From the NCBI GenBank assembly GCA_947452765.1, contig CANGDR010000001.1, positions 100,499 through 164,498 of the forward strand: DNA of 64,000 nt, written 5' to 3'. Each line of letters begins with the position of its first letter. Position 1 is the first letter of the stretch. Position numbers and translations under genes: made by a program. Positions 1 through 9,800 of the stretch are shown here, in pieces. Below the pieces are notes generated by a model that was given only the letters and a program-made list of their open reading frames with translations, did no database searches and was not told the DNA's origin. The DNA comes from Actinomycetota bacterium (GTDB lineage Bacteria > Actinomycetota > Actinomycetes > S36-B12 > UBA5976).

Positions 1-37
1 ATTTTTCAATCGGGCGATTAAACGGCAAAGTTGAGCC

Positions 38-412
38 ATGGCAATTGTGGGTATCGGCGTTGACGTAGTGGACCTTGCCAGGTTTGCTGGCGTAGTTGAG
101 CGGACTCCTGAAATTGTCAATCGACTATTCACCCATGCTGAGCAACATAGTGCAGAAGGACATGAACTTCCGCTGATGTCGCTTGCGGGACGTTTCGCTG
201 TCAAAGAAGCTGTTGCGAAGGCTCTAGGAGCACCGGCTGGCATGGATTGGCATGATTGTGAAGTAACCAATGGTGGACAGCCAAAAGTTAAAGTTTCTGG
301 GACCGTAGCCGCAGTTGCGGATTTGCTGGGGGTCACAACCTGGCATGTCTCATTGAGTCACGATGGACCAGTTGCTATTGCTTATGTGATAGCCGAAGAC
401 CGAAACATATAA
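38..412 (+). CDS. acpS: holo-[acyl-carrier-protein] synthase (4'-phosphopantetheinyl transferase)
   Basis: 124 aa; N-terminal [29 protein letters not shown] and C-terminal HVSLSHDG motifs typical of AcpS; sits upstream of alr as in other actinobacteria. Confidence 0.9.
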   Translation: MAIVGIGVDVVDLARFAGVVERTPEIVNRLFTHAEQHSAEGHELPLMSLAGRFAVKEAVAKALGAPAGMDWHDCEVTNGGQPKVKVSGTVAAVADLLGVTTWHVSLSHDGPVAIAYVIAEDRNI

Positions 413-430
413 ATAGGGAAGAATGACACT

Positions 431-1564
431 GTGACTGCACACGTAACAGCCCGAATTGATCTCGGCGCACTTGCCCACAACGTTCGTACCATCAAGGAAC
501 ATGTGGGTGGCCGCAAAGTGATGGTCGTTGTAAAGGCTGATGCCTATGGCCATGGTTTAGTTAAATGCGGCCAAGCAGCAGTAAACGCCGGTGCCGACTA
601 TTTAGGTGTGGCATTGCTCGAAGAGGCGGTCGCACTTCGCGAAGGTAATGTTCCAGGACCAATCTTGGCTTGGCTCAACACTCCTAATGACCGATTCACC
701 GAATGTATTGCGCGAGATATCGACTTGGCAGTTAATTCAATTGCATCCTTGAAGGCAATCGCCAATTCCGCATATTCCGTTGACCGCATTGCCCGTGTGC
801 ATGTGAAAGTAGATACCGGGCTGAGCCGCAATGGTGTCTTGCTTTCAGACTTACCAGAGCTAATCATCGCGCTTAGAAAAGCACAGGATGAAGGAACCGT
901 AAACGTTGTTGGAGTCATGTCTCACTTCGCTTACGCAGACGAACCAAGTAACCCAACCATTGCTAGCCAAATAGAGGAATTCAAAACTGCAGTTGATTTG
1001 CTTGAAGCTGCTGGCTTCGAGTTAGAAGTTCGCCATCTGGCGAATTCGGCAGCGACTCTAGGCTTGCCACATACCTACTTTGACATGGTTCGTCCTGGCG
1101 TTGCGGTCTATGGCGTATCGCCCGGTGCTGAAGTCGGCAACGCAACTGACTTCAACTTAAAGCCTGTTATGACTCTTACTTCTGTGGTCTCGCTACTTAA
1201 GGAAGTTCCTGCTGGCACAGGTGTCTCCTATGCCCATCAATATCACACAACGCAGGACACAACTCTTGCGCTAATTCCGGCTGGGTATGCCGATGGAATT
1301 CCTCGGAGTGCTACCAATAAAGGCCCGGTGCTGGTTGCGGGTGAAACTCGACGAGTTGCTGGCCGGGTGTGTATGGACCAGTTCTTACTTGATGTCGGTG
1401 GGTTAAATCTGAAACTCGGAGATGAAGTTGTTTTGTTCGGCGATCCGGAACGCGGCGAGCCAAGTGTGGAAGATTGGGCAGACGCTGCCGGGACAATCTC
1501 ATACGAAATAATTACTCGAATTGGACCACGGGTTCACCGCGAGTTCCTAAATAATTCCTGGTAA
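431..1564 (+). CDS. alr: alanine racemase
   Basis: 377 aa; PLP-lysine motif VVKADAYGHG near the N-terminus, full-length racemase architecture; GTG start. Confidence 0.92.
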   Translation: MTAHVTARIDLGALAHNVRTIKEHVGGRKVMVVVKADAYGHGLVKCGQAAVNAGADYLGVALLEEAVALREGNVPGPILAWLNTPNDRFTECIARDIDLAVNSIASLKAIANSAYSVDRIARVHVKVDTGLSRNGVLLSDLPELIIALRKAQDEGTVNVVGVMSHFAYADEPSNPTIASQIEEFKTAVDLLEAAGFELEVRHLANSAATLGLPHTYFDMVRPGVAVYGVSPGAEVGNATDFNLKPVMTLTSVVSLLKEVPAGTGVSYAHQYHTTQDTTLALIPAGYADGIPRSATNKGPVLVAGETRRVAGRVCMDQFLLDVGGLNLKLGDEVVLFGDPERGEPSVEDWADAAGTISYEIITRIGPRVHREFLNNSW

Positions 1565-1567
1565 ATC

Positions 1568-2053
1568 GTGAATATTTCAATCCGCACTTCTGACGAAATG
1601 CGAAAGTTTGGCTCTCGCATCGGAAAACTTTTGGTTGCCGGTGATGTCGTCGTACTTGATGGTCCACTAGGAGCGGGAAAAACAACCTTGGTGCAAGGCC
1701 TTGGTGAACAGCTAGGCGTTGTAGGTGCGGTAACCAGTCCAACTTTCGTAGTTTCCAGAATTCATAAAGCGAGCACAGCTGGTCTAGCCTTGGTCCACGT
1801 AGATGCGTATCGCTTAGCAAGTGGCTCTGACTTGGTTGATCTAGATCTAGATCACCAACAAAATGCTGTATTCGTAATCGAGTGGGGCCTACCGTACGTC
1901 GCAGACTTCACAGACGACTGGCTAGAAGTCCATGTGAGCCGTGACGATGAGTTAACCGATGTGGCGGACCCAGCAAGCGGGTTGCGCGATGTGTCACTGG
2001 TTGCCGTTGGCAAGCGCTGGCAATCTGTGGACTTAGCGAAGTTGGCCCAATGA
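1568..2053 (+). CDS. tsaE: tRNA t6A37 biosynthesis ATPase TsaE
   Basis: 161 aa; P-loop GPLGAGKTTLVQGL, SPTF motif; conserved position alr-tsaE-tsaB-rimI-tsaD. Confidence 0.88.
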   Translation: MNISIRTSDEMRKFGSRIGKLLVAGDVVVLDGPLGAGKTTLVQGLGEQLGVVGAVTSPTFVVSRIHKASTAGLALVHVDAYRLASGSDLVDLDLDHQQNAVFVIEWGLPYVADFTDDWLEVHVSRDDELTDVADPASGLRDVSLVAVGKRWQSVDLAKLAQ

Positions 2054-2667
2054 ACATTTTGGCCATTGACGCCTCAGCTGGCGTCTCGATCGCAGTGAGA
2101 TTGTCCACTGGTTCGATCTTTGAAAAAAATATTCCGGACCATGGTGTCCAAGGTGAAATGACAACTCAAGCAATAGCGGAGGTATTAAGTTCTGCGAGCC
2201 TAAAGCCCGAAGAGATAACGGACGTTGTTGTTGGGGTTGGACCTGGGCCGTTTACTGGTTTGCGAGTTGGGTTAGTGACTGCAGAAGTGTTTGCCTATGC
2301 CCGGAAGATCCCTGTGCATGGTATTTGTTCGTTAGATGCGGTTGCCTTTGATGTGAATCAAAGTTGTGTCATAGTCACGAATGCTAGGCGCAAAGAACTC
2401 TACTGGGCGAGATATGAATCAGGTCGGGTTGAAGGACCTGAAGTTGCAACTCCTGCAGTGATTGCTGAACGTTTTTCAGATTCAACATTTGTTGGACCAG
2501 GTGCAAACCTTTATCCCGAGATAATCTCTGGTGAAGTTTTGCCCCTTCGCGCCGCAGCCCTAGCTGAGTTATTTGCTCAGGGTAAGGCGCAAGTGGTACC
2601 AACAACACCAATGTACTTACGTAAGCCAGATGCAGTTGAACCGACAACACGAAAGTCGGTGCTGTGA
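2050..2667 (+). CDS. tsaB: tRNA t6A37 biosynthesis protein TsaB (YeaZ family)
   Basis: 205 aa; N-terminal ILAIDASAG and GPGPFTGLRVG motifs; 4-nt overlap with tsaE stop. Confidence 0.85.
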   Translation: MNILAIDASAGVSIAVRLSTGSIFEKNIPDHGVQGEMTTQAIAEVLSSASLKPEEITDVVVGVGPGPFTGLRVGLVTAEVFAYARKIPVHGICSLDAVAFDVNQSCVIVTNARRKELYWARYESGRVEGPEVATPAVIAERFSDSTFVGPGANLYPEIISGEVLPLRAAALAELFAQGKAQVVPTTPMYLRKPDAVEPTTRKSVL

Positions 2668-3122
2668 TGTCGATAATAATTCGCGCGATGCAAACAAGCG
2701 ATATCCCAATCGTCAAAATTATTGAAGATGACCTATTTCCAATTGACGCCTGGAGTACCGACCTTTTTCTAAGCGAACTAGCGGAAGTGGCTATCTCTCG
2801 AGATGTCGTGGTTGCCGAGCTAGACGGCAGGGTAGTTGGCTATGCGTCACTTCGATTTGTTGGAAAGCAAGGAGACGTTAATACCGTCGCCGTGGCTAGC
2901 TCCGAACAAGGATCCGGAATCGGAACACAGCTGATGAACTGGCTAGAAGATATGGCTCGCGAGCGTGGGGTACGTGAACTCTTCCTTGAGGTGCGAAGCG
3001 ATAATGCGCCAGCCAATGCCATGTATCAAAAGCGCAGTTATGACCGGATAGATATCCGCCGAAATTATTACGGTAATGAAGTTGACGCAAACATAATGCG
3101 AAAGAAGTTGCATGATGTCTGA
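2664..3122 (+). CDS. rimI: ribosomal-protein-alanine N-acetyltransferase (GNAT)
   Basis: 152 aa; GNAT acetyl-CoA motif [10 protein letters not shown]; located between tsaB and tsaD; overlapping start and stop. Confidence 0.85.
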   Translation: MMSIIIRAMQTSDIPIVKIIEDDLFPIDAWSTDLFLSELAEVAISRDVVVAELDGRVVGYASLRFVGKQGDVNTVAVASSEQGSGIGTQLMNWLEDMARERGVRELFLEVRSDNAPANAMYQKRSYDRIDIRRNYYGNEVDANIMRKKLHDV

Positions 3123-4158
3123 GCCATTGATTTTAGGAATTGAGACCTCGTGCGATGAAACCGGGGTTGGAATTGTGAGGGGGACAACCCTGCTTGCCGA
3201 TGCTGTTGCATCTAGCGTCGAGCAGCACGCGCGATTTGGTGGAGTTGTTCCTGAGGTAGCGAGCCGAGCTCATCTTGAGGCTATGGTGCCAACCATTGAT
3301 CGGGCATGTAACGAAGCTGGAATAAAACTCGATGATGTTGACGCAATTGCCGTGACAGCAGGTCCGGGCCTGGCCGGCGCGCTTCTCGTTGGAGTTGCTG
3401 CTGCCAAGACTCTGGCACTTGCACTGAATAAGCCGATTTATGGAGTAAACCACCTTGCTGCGCACGTTTGTGTGGATCAGTTGGAGCATGGCCCACTATC
3501 GGAACCAAGTATTGCCCTACTCGTCTCTGGCGGACACTCTTCGCTTCTGCTCGTGCCTGATGTTACCCAAGATGTAATTCAACTTGGTCAAACTATTGAC
3601 GATGCGGCTGGTGAAGCGTTCGACAAAATTGCTCGAGTGCTTGGCCTGCCATTTCCTGGTGGCCCCTATATTGATGCAGCAGCAAAAGAAGGAAATCCAG
3701 AAGCAATTTCTTTCCCGCGCGGTTTAACTACACCTAAGGATTTAGCAAAACATCGGTTTGATGTTTCGTTCTCTGGACTTAAGACTGCGGTTGCCCGTTG
3801 GGTGGAGCAAGAGCAACGAACTGGCAATTCAGTCATGGTTAACGATGTTGCCGCCTCATTCCAAGAGGCGGTAGTTGATGTGCTCACCCGCAAAGCAATT
3901 GATGCCTGCTTATCCAATGATGTTGGAACGCTAGTAATCGGCGGCGGGGTAGCAGCAAACAGCAGGTTGCGAGTTGTGGCCCAACAGCGGTGTACAGAAC
4001 ATGGGATCAATCTTCGGATTCCAAGCCCCGGACTGTGCACTGACAATGGCGCGATGGTTGCTGCGCTTGGAAGTGAATTGGTCAAGCGCGGCCGCAGTGC
4101 GTCACAATTAACTTTCGCAATGGATTCTTCAATGAATGTAACAACGGTGGTGGCATAG
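3112..4158 (+). CDS. tsaD: tRNA N6-adenosine threonylcarbamoyltransferase TsaD (Kae1/Gcp)
   Basis: 348 aa; [17 protein letters not shown]-terminus, VSGGHS and GGGVAAN motifs. Confidence 0.93.
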   Translation: MMSEPLILGIETSCDETGVGIVRGTTLLADAVASSVEQHARFGGVVPEVASRAHLEAMVPTIDRACNEAGIKLDDVDAIAVTAGPGLAGALLVGVAAAKTLALALNKPIYGVNHLAAHVCVDQLEHGPLSEPSIALLVSGGHSSLLLVPDVTQDVIQLGQTIDDAAGEAFDKIARVLGLPFPGGPYIDAAAKEGNPEAISFPRGLTTPKDLAKHRFDVSFSGLKTAVARWVEQEQRTGNSVMVNDVAASFQEAVVDVLTRKAIDACLSNDVGTLVIGGGVAANSRLRVVAQQRCTEHGINLRIPSPGLCTDNGAMVAALGSELVKRGRSASQLTFAMDSSMNVTTVVA

Positions 4159-5072
4159 TGACCCAAAGTTTTTCTGAGTGGTTAATACAAGGTCCATGGC
4201 CGATTGATGGTGGGCTTTCTGGCGAACTAGAAAAGCGCGGACACAATTTAGCCGATGCACTCTGGTCAGCCCGGTTACTTCGTGACGATCCAACTGCCAT
4301 TGCCGCAGTTCATCGAGACTATGTGGCGGCCGGCGGTCGAGTAATAATTACTGCTTCGTACCAAGCCAGCCGTCAAGGTTTTACCGCAATCGGTATGACT
4401 ACTGACGAAGCCGACAACTTGATGCGCCTTTCTGTGACTTTAGCTAACGAGGTTGCCTCAGCCGCACCACAAAAAGTTTGGGTTGCCGCCAGCGTTGGAC
4501 CCTATGGCGCAGTCTTAGGTGGTGGCCAAGAATACGTAGGTAATTATGGCGTTGCGCATAAGGATTTGGTTAAGTTCCATCGTGAACGAATTGAAGTTTT
4601 GGCAAGCGCCAAACCTGATGTTTTTGCCTGCGAAACTATTCCTGATCTAGATGAAGTTCGCGCACTAGTAGAAGTGTTAGCGGATTATCCAGAAACACCC
4701 GCTTGGATAACTATGAGTGCCAAGGATGGAAATTCCACTTGTGCCGGACAGGGTATTGGACATTTGGCTGAGTTAGTTAAAGATTCGCCTAACGTGGTTG
4801 CGATTGGAATTAATTGCACGATGCCTGAACATGTGACGTCACTGCTAGGCAAACTTTCAGAAAAGTCTCAGTTGCCGCTAGTGGTTTATCCGAATGCCGG
4901 CCGAGTATGGGATGGCGCAGAGATGTGTTGGATTGGTGAAGGGCACACTACGTTGCCCTCACAAATCATTAGTGAATGGGCGAAAGCAGGCGCCAAACTT
5001 ATTGGCGGTTGCTGCGGCTTAGGTCCAGATGCGATTTCTCAACTTGATCAAGACTTGGAAAAATTACGCTAA
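4158..5072 (+). CDS. mmuM: homocysteine S-methyltransferase
   Basis: 304 aa; IDGGLSGELEKRG start, C-terminal zinc-ligand motif GGCCG; 1-nt overlap with tsaD stop. Confidence 0.85.
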   Translation: MTQSFSEWLIQGPWPIDGGLSGELEKRGHNLADALWSARLLRDDPTAIAAVHRDYVAAGGRVIITASYQASRQGFTAIGMTTDEADNLMRLSVTLANEVASAAPQKVWVAASVGPYGAVLGGGQEYVGNYGVAHKDLVKFHRERIEVLASAKPDVFACETIPDLDEVRALVEVLADYPETPAWITMSAKDGNSTCAGQGIGHLAELVKDSPNVVAIGINCTMPEHVTSLLGKLSEKSQLPLVVYPNAGRVWDGAEMCWIGEGHTTLPSQIISEWAKAGAKLIGGCCGLGPDAISQLDQDLEKLR

Positions 5073-6278
5073 TCTTCGACAAATAAGAGCTTGTGGACCA
5101 GCATCATCACGATAAATTGCCACAACTAATTCGGCTGTCCCTTTAGCGACAGATTTACTAAGTGACTTTCGGATCGATTCGACATCCAATTGCATTCCGC
5201 GAGTCATGACAGTTATTCCCGAAGCTGCAATCCCGGTCACTTCAACTTGTAGCGCCTTTTGCGAATACTTAATGGATTTTAAAATTTCGAATCCCATGGC
5301 TGGTCTTGGGGATTGCGCAATCAAAGTGCGGACAGCTAACTCTTCATTACTTGTTAGCCAGGCAATGTGCTCATTAACCAAACCTCCAGAAACTTGATCT
5401 CCTAGGTTGGTGAGTGCACTTGCCCTTATCAACGCTGCATCGGGGACCACTAAGTATCTTCCGATTTCAGCTGGTGGCGTTATTTGGCCACCACCGTAGT
5501 TAGATATTTTTCCGGTATTTGATTCGATTAACGTTGCGGATCGCAACCCAGAACCCTGCGATTCCAAAAGCGTCTCTACCAAGTCGCCGTCAACACTGAT
5601 CCACGTTGCATCCCACTCGGGAACCAAGGATGCATCGAAACCGGGTGCTACTTTAGCGACAACTGGGAATCGTTGTGCCAGTTCACTCACAAACGACCAG
5701 CTAGGTGACCAGTCATCAGGATTAAAAATTCGTTGACTACTACCGTCAGCCTTGCGCGCTGAATCCGGATTTCGTCGAGCTGGATCAACAAAGATCAAGT
5801 CCACATCGCTTGGTACAGCAAAAGTTGTGCAGTCTGTAGTTATGACTTTTGCACCAAGGTCACGCAAGTTGTAGTTTGCTAACTCCGCAAGATCCGGGTC
5901 ACGCTCGAGCGCAGTTACTTGCATGCCGCATTTCGCCAGAGCCATCGCATCAAAGCCGAGCCCACAAGTTAAATCCAAAACTTTAATCGATGTTCCAAAT
6001 TTGCTGGCAATAAGATCAGCTCGAAATTTCGCAGCAGCCGGGCGGGTAGCCTGCATAACGCCGTCTTCAGTCAGCAGAAGTCCGGAGGCATCCACTTGCC
6101 ACCTTTCTTCGAGTCGGAGTTGCAACTGCGCCTGGGTTAGCGATTCAGAAGTCAGATGCGGTTCTACCTCAGGATATTTCTTGCGAAGTGAAGTTATACC
6201 CCGTATCGGATCCGTGATGGTTCGCGCCTCGGAAATAAGTTGCTGTCCAATGCCGGATACCAGCCAGTCAATGTTCAT
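5064..6278 (-). CDS. class I SAM-dependent methyltransferase with N-terminal THUMP-like region
   Basis: 404 aa; SAM motif I VLDLTCGLGFDAMALA followed by DLIFVDPARR; substrate unknown. Confidence 0.7.
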   Translation of the reverse strand: MNIDWLVSGIGQQLISEARTITDPIRGITSLRKKYPEVEPHLTSESLTQAQLQLRLEERWQVDASGLLLTEDGVMQATRPAAAKFRADLIASKFGTSIKVLDLTCGLGFDAMALAKCGMQVTALERDPDLAELANYNLRDLGAKVITTDCTTFAVPSDVDLIFVDPARRNPDSARKADGSSQRIFNPDDWSPSWSFVSELAQRFPVVAKVAPGFDASLVPEWDATWISVDGDLVETLLESQGSGLRSATLIESNTGKISNYGGGQITPPAEIGRYLVVPDAALIRASALTNLGDQVSGGLVNEHIAWLTSNEELAVRTLIAQSPRPAMGFEILKSIKYSQKALQVEVTGIAASGITVMTRGMQLDVESIRKSLSKSVAKGTAELVVAIYRDDAGPQALICRRLA

Positions 6279-6790
6279 GCTTGATTATTCGTGAGCCAAG
6301 TTTCACCGATGGATTGCTCTAAAGAAATAATTTTTTCTAGTTCGCCCGCAACTGCGTCTTCAGCTCTTGCTCCAAATATCGGCACGGCAACTTTGACTGA
6401 ACCAATGAGTTCAATCGTGGTACCAGATTTATTACCAAACAATCTAATTCCGGCATTCATAGTCACTGGTGCACCCGCAATCGTCACGGTGAGTTTTGCT
6501 TCAGCTGAACCGTCCTTAGCTGGCGTATTCCAATTTTGGATTTCCGTAACTGAGATCTCTTCTCCCAAAAATTTGCGCGCGATATCGGGTAAATCGCTTG
6601 CCAATCGTCGCTGCAAGGTGACGGTAGAGCCAGAATCAGTACGGTTCACACTTGCAGCAGAATCAATCGCTAGCTGTGACTTTGCTGATAAATAGCCAGG
6701 ATCATGCAGCATCTCAAAAACTTCCTTGGGAGAAGCCAAGAAATACAAGGATGCGCGAAGCGGGGTAGCCACCCCACAATCATGCCCCAA
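6275..6790 (-). CDS. DUF2505/SRPBCC-like hypothetical protein
   Basis: 171 aa; pattern recalled for DUF2505 (DPGYL..., PxFG.xAE near the C-terminus); 4-nt overlap with the downstream methyltransferase; start uncertain. Confidence 0.5.
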   Translation of the reverse strand: MGHDCGVATPLRASLYFLASPKEVFEMLHDPGYLSAKSQLAIDSAASVNRTDSGSTVTLQRRLASDLPDIARKFLGEEISVTEIQNWNTPAKDGSAEAKLTVTIAGAPVTMNAGIRLFGNKSGTTIELIGSVKVAVPIFGARAEDAVAGELEKIISLEQSIGETWLTNNQA

Positions 6791-6864
6791 CCTTTAGGAC
6801 TGTCCGAATTGGTAGTCTTAGCAGGTATTCACACTCCATGTGTGAATCCCAGGAGGCCCAAAAA

Positions 6865-9800
6865 GTGTCAGCATCGCCGCGTGGTTCACGCCGCCTTGAA
6901 GATGCTCGCGACGAGCTAATCGCGCGAGTAGGCAAAACTATCCAAAGCGATTTCCAGCCTCTCGTTAAGAGATATTTTGATCACATCGCGCCCGAAGATT
7001 TAGTAGGACGCGAACTACGCGACCTCGATGCCATGGTGGCATCACATATCTCACTTGGATCTTCTCGAAAAATTGGAGTGGCTGCCGTCCAAGTACTTGC
7101 CCCGTCACTTGAGTCAAATGGCTGGCAGAGCACTCATTCAATAGTTCAAGTCGTCACTGATGACATGCCTTTCCTTGTTGACTCAGTAACTGCAGAACTT
7201 TCCCAGGAGGGACGTTCAATTCGTCTTGTAATCCATCCTCGTTTTCTGGTCCGCAGAGATACAAATGGCAATCTTCTAGAGGCACTTGATCAAGATGTGC
7301 TACCAGACAATGAAGCGCCTCCAGGTGTCACGCAAGAATCTTGGATGTGCATAGAGTTTGATCGAGAAACTGATCAATTGGAATTAACTGACATCACGCG
7401 GCGAATCCTCGAAGTTTTGGAAGATGTGCGTGCAACGATTGACGACTGGGCTCCAATGCGAAAGCGTCTGGCTGAAGTCGTGTCCGAAGTTTCTAGTGCA
7501 ACTGGCCTTAGTGATCAAGAGCGAACCGAGGCCGTTGAATTTTTAAATTGGTTAGCAGATAATCACTTCACGTTTATCGGGTACTCCGAGTATGCGTTAG
7601 CTAAGGGTGAGCTAACCGATGTCGTTGGATCTGGACTTGGTACGTTACGGGATGCGGAAACTGGTAGCTACTTAGGCAAAAGTGACAAGGACCACGCAAA
7701 TATGTCGTCGGTCCTGCTTGTGACAAAAGCAAAGATGCGATCCACAGTGCACCGGCCAGCCTACCTAGATTACGTTGGAATCCGCCGCGTCGATTCAGCC
7801 GGAAAACAAATTGGCGAACACCGCTTCCTAGGACTTTTCTCTTCGGCCGCATATACGCAATCCGTTCAGTCCATCCCAGTGCTTTCAAGTAAGGTTTCGG
7901 CTGTACTCGAGTCAATGGCGATGGGACGAGACTCACATATCGGTAAAGACTTAATGCAATTCCTAGAGACTTATCCTCGCGACGAGATGTTCGAGATGTC
8001 GGTTGATGAACTTGAAGAGATCGCACGTGGCGTTTTAACTTTGCAAGAGCGCCGACAAGTCAAGGTATTCACTCGAACTGAAGGTTTTGGTCGATACGTT
8101 TCCGCGTTGGTTTATTTCCCGCGTGACCGTTACACGACTGATGTTCGGCTTGCAATGGAAGAAATATTGCTGGAAACCTATGGCGCAGACTCAATCGACC
8201 ACACTGCGCGAGTGTCCGATTCTGTACTAGCTCGACTTCATTTTGTGATTCGCGAGCCAAGCGGAAAAGAAATTCCAGTTATTGACGTCGATGTTTTGGA
8301 ACAGCGGTTAGCTGAAGCGGCTAGATTTTGGGAAGACGACTTCTCTGATTCATTAATAGAGCAAGTAGGCGAGGAAGAAGCGGTCCGTCTGGTTCGGACT
8401 TGGAGTGAGTCATTCCCAGAGTCATTCAAAGAGCACATCCCGGCAGCTAACGCAGTTGAGCACCTGCGAGTTTTAGAAGCATTGGAATCTGAACCGACTG
8501 GCGCGATAAAGGTTGCAATGTATGAACCAGCAACTGTTGAAGATGGCCCCCGTCGCTTCACTATCTATCGCGTTGGCGATGCAATAACGCTTTCTTCAGT
8601 GCTTCCGATGTTGCACGACCTTGGCGTGGAAGTGATAGATGAGCGTGCTTATGACTTGCGCAGAGCGGGGAACCCAGTTGCTTGGGTATATGACTTTGGA
8701 CTCAACTTTGACGCCACTAAGGCACCAGCTATCGATACGCTCGCAGATCGATTCTGCGCCACCTTTATGGCGACCTGGACTGGGGCAGTGGACAGTGATC
8801 CATTCAATGCGCTGGTTATTCACGGCGGCCTGTCTGCGCGCAATGTTGGAATTATCCGCGCCTATGCTGCGTACCTACGTCAAGCAGGTACGCCATTTAG
8901 CCGCGCTTATCTTCAGCAGGTACTGCTTGCAAATGTCGGCATCGTACAGAGATTGATTGAATTATTTGCCACTAGATTTGACCCGAACTTCACTGGCGAT
9001 CGAGTGAGCCAAGAAGCAGCATTGGTTAAAAAGATTGACGCCTCACTCGATGCGGTCGAGAGTTTGGACCATGACCGAATAATGCGATCCAGTATTGCCT
9101 TAGTGACAGCAACGCTTCGCACTAACGTTTATCAAAAAGATGCTGACGGTAACTACCCAGATGTAATGGCTTTCAAACTAAATCCTGCACTGGTTCCAGA
9201 CTTACCTTTGCCACTTCCCAAATTTGAAATTTGGGTTTACTCGCCTCGAGTCGAAGGTGTGCACTTACGTTTCGCATCGGTGGCACGTGGCGGCATCCGC
9301 TGGTCTGATCGACAAGAAGATTTCCGTACGGAAATCCTTGGCCTAGTTAAAGCCCAGATGGTTAAAAACACAGTCATCGTGCCAAGCGGAGCGAAGGGTG
9401 GCTTCGTACTAAAGCGCGGACCTGAACCAAGCGATCGCGATGCCTGGCTGGCTGAAGGTATCGTCTGCTACCAAATGTTTATCGGCGCACTTCTTGATGT
9501 GACCGACAATTTAGTAAATGGCGCAATTGTGCCGCCTGAACGTGTCATCCGCCATGATTCAGATGACCCTTACTTAGTAGTAGCAGCAGATAAGGGAACT
9601 GCCACGTTCTCTGATATCGCAAACAAAATCTCGGTCGATCGCGGCTTCTGGATGGGCGATGCATTCGCATCCGGTGGATCCGTTGGCTATGACCACAAAG
9701 TAATGGGTATTACCGCTAAGGGAGCCTGGGAATCCGTTAAGCGTCATTTTCATGAACTCGGCGTTGATACGCAAACTCAAGATTTCACTGTTGCTGGTGT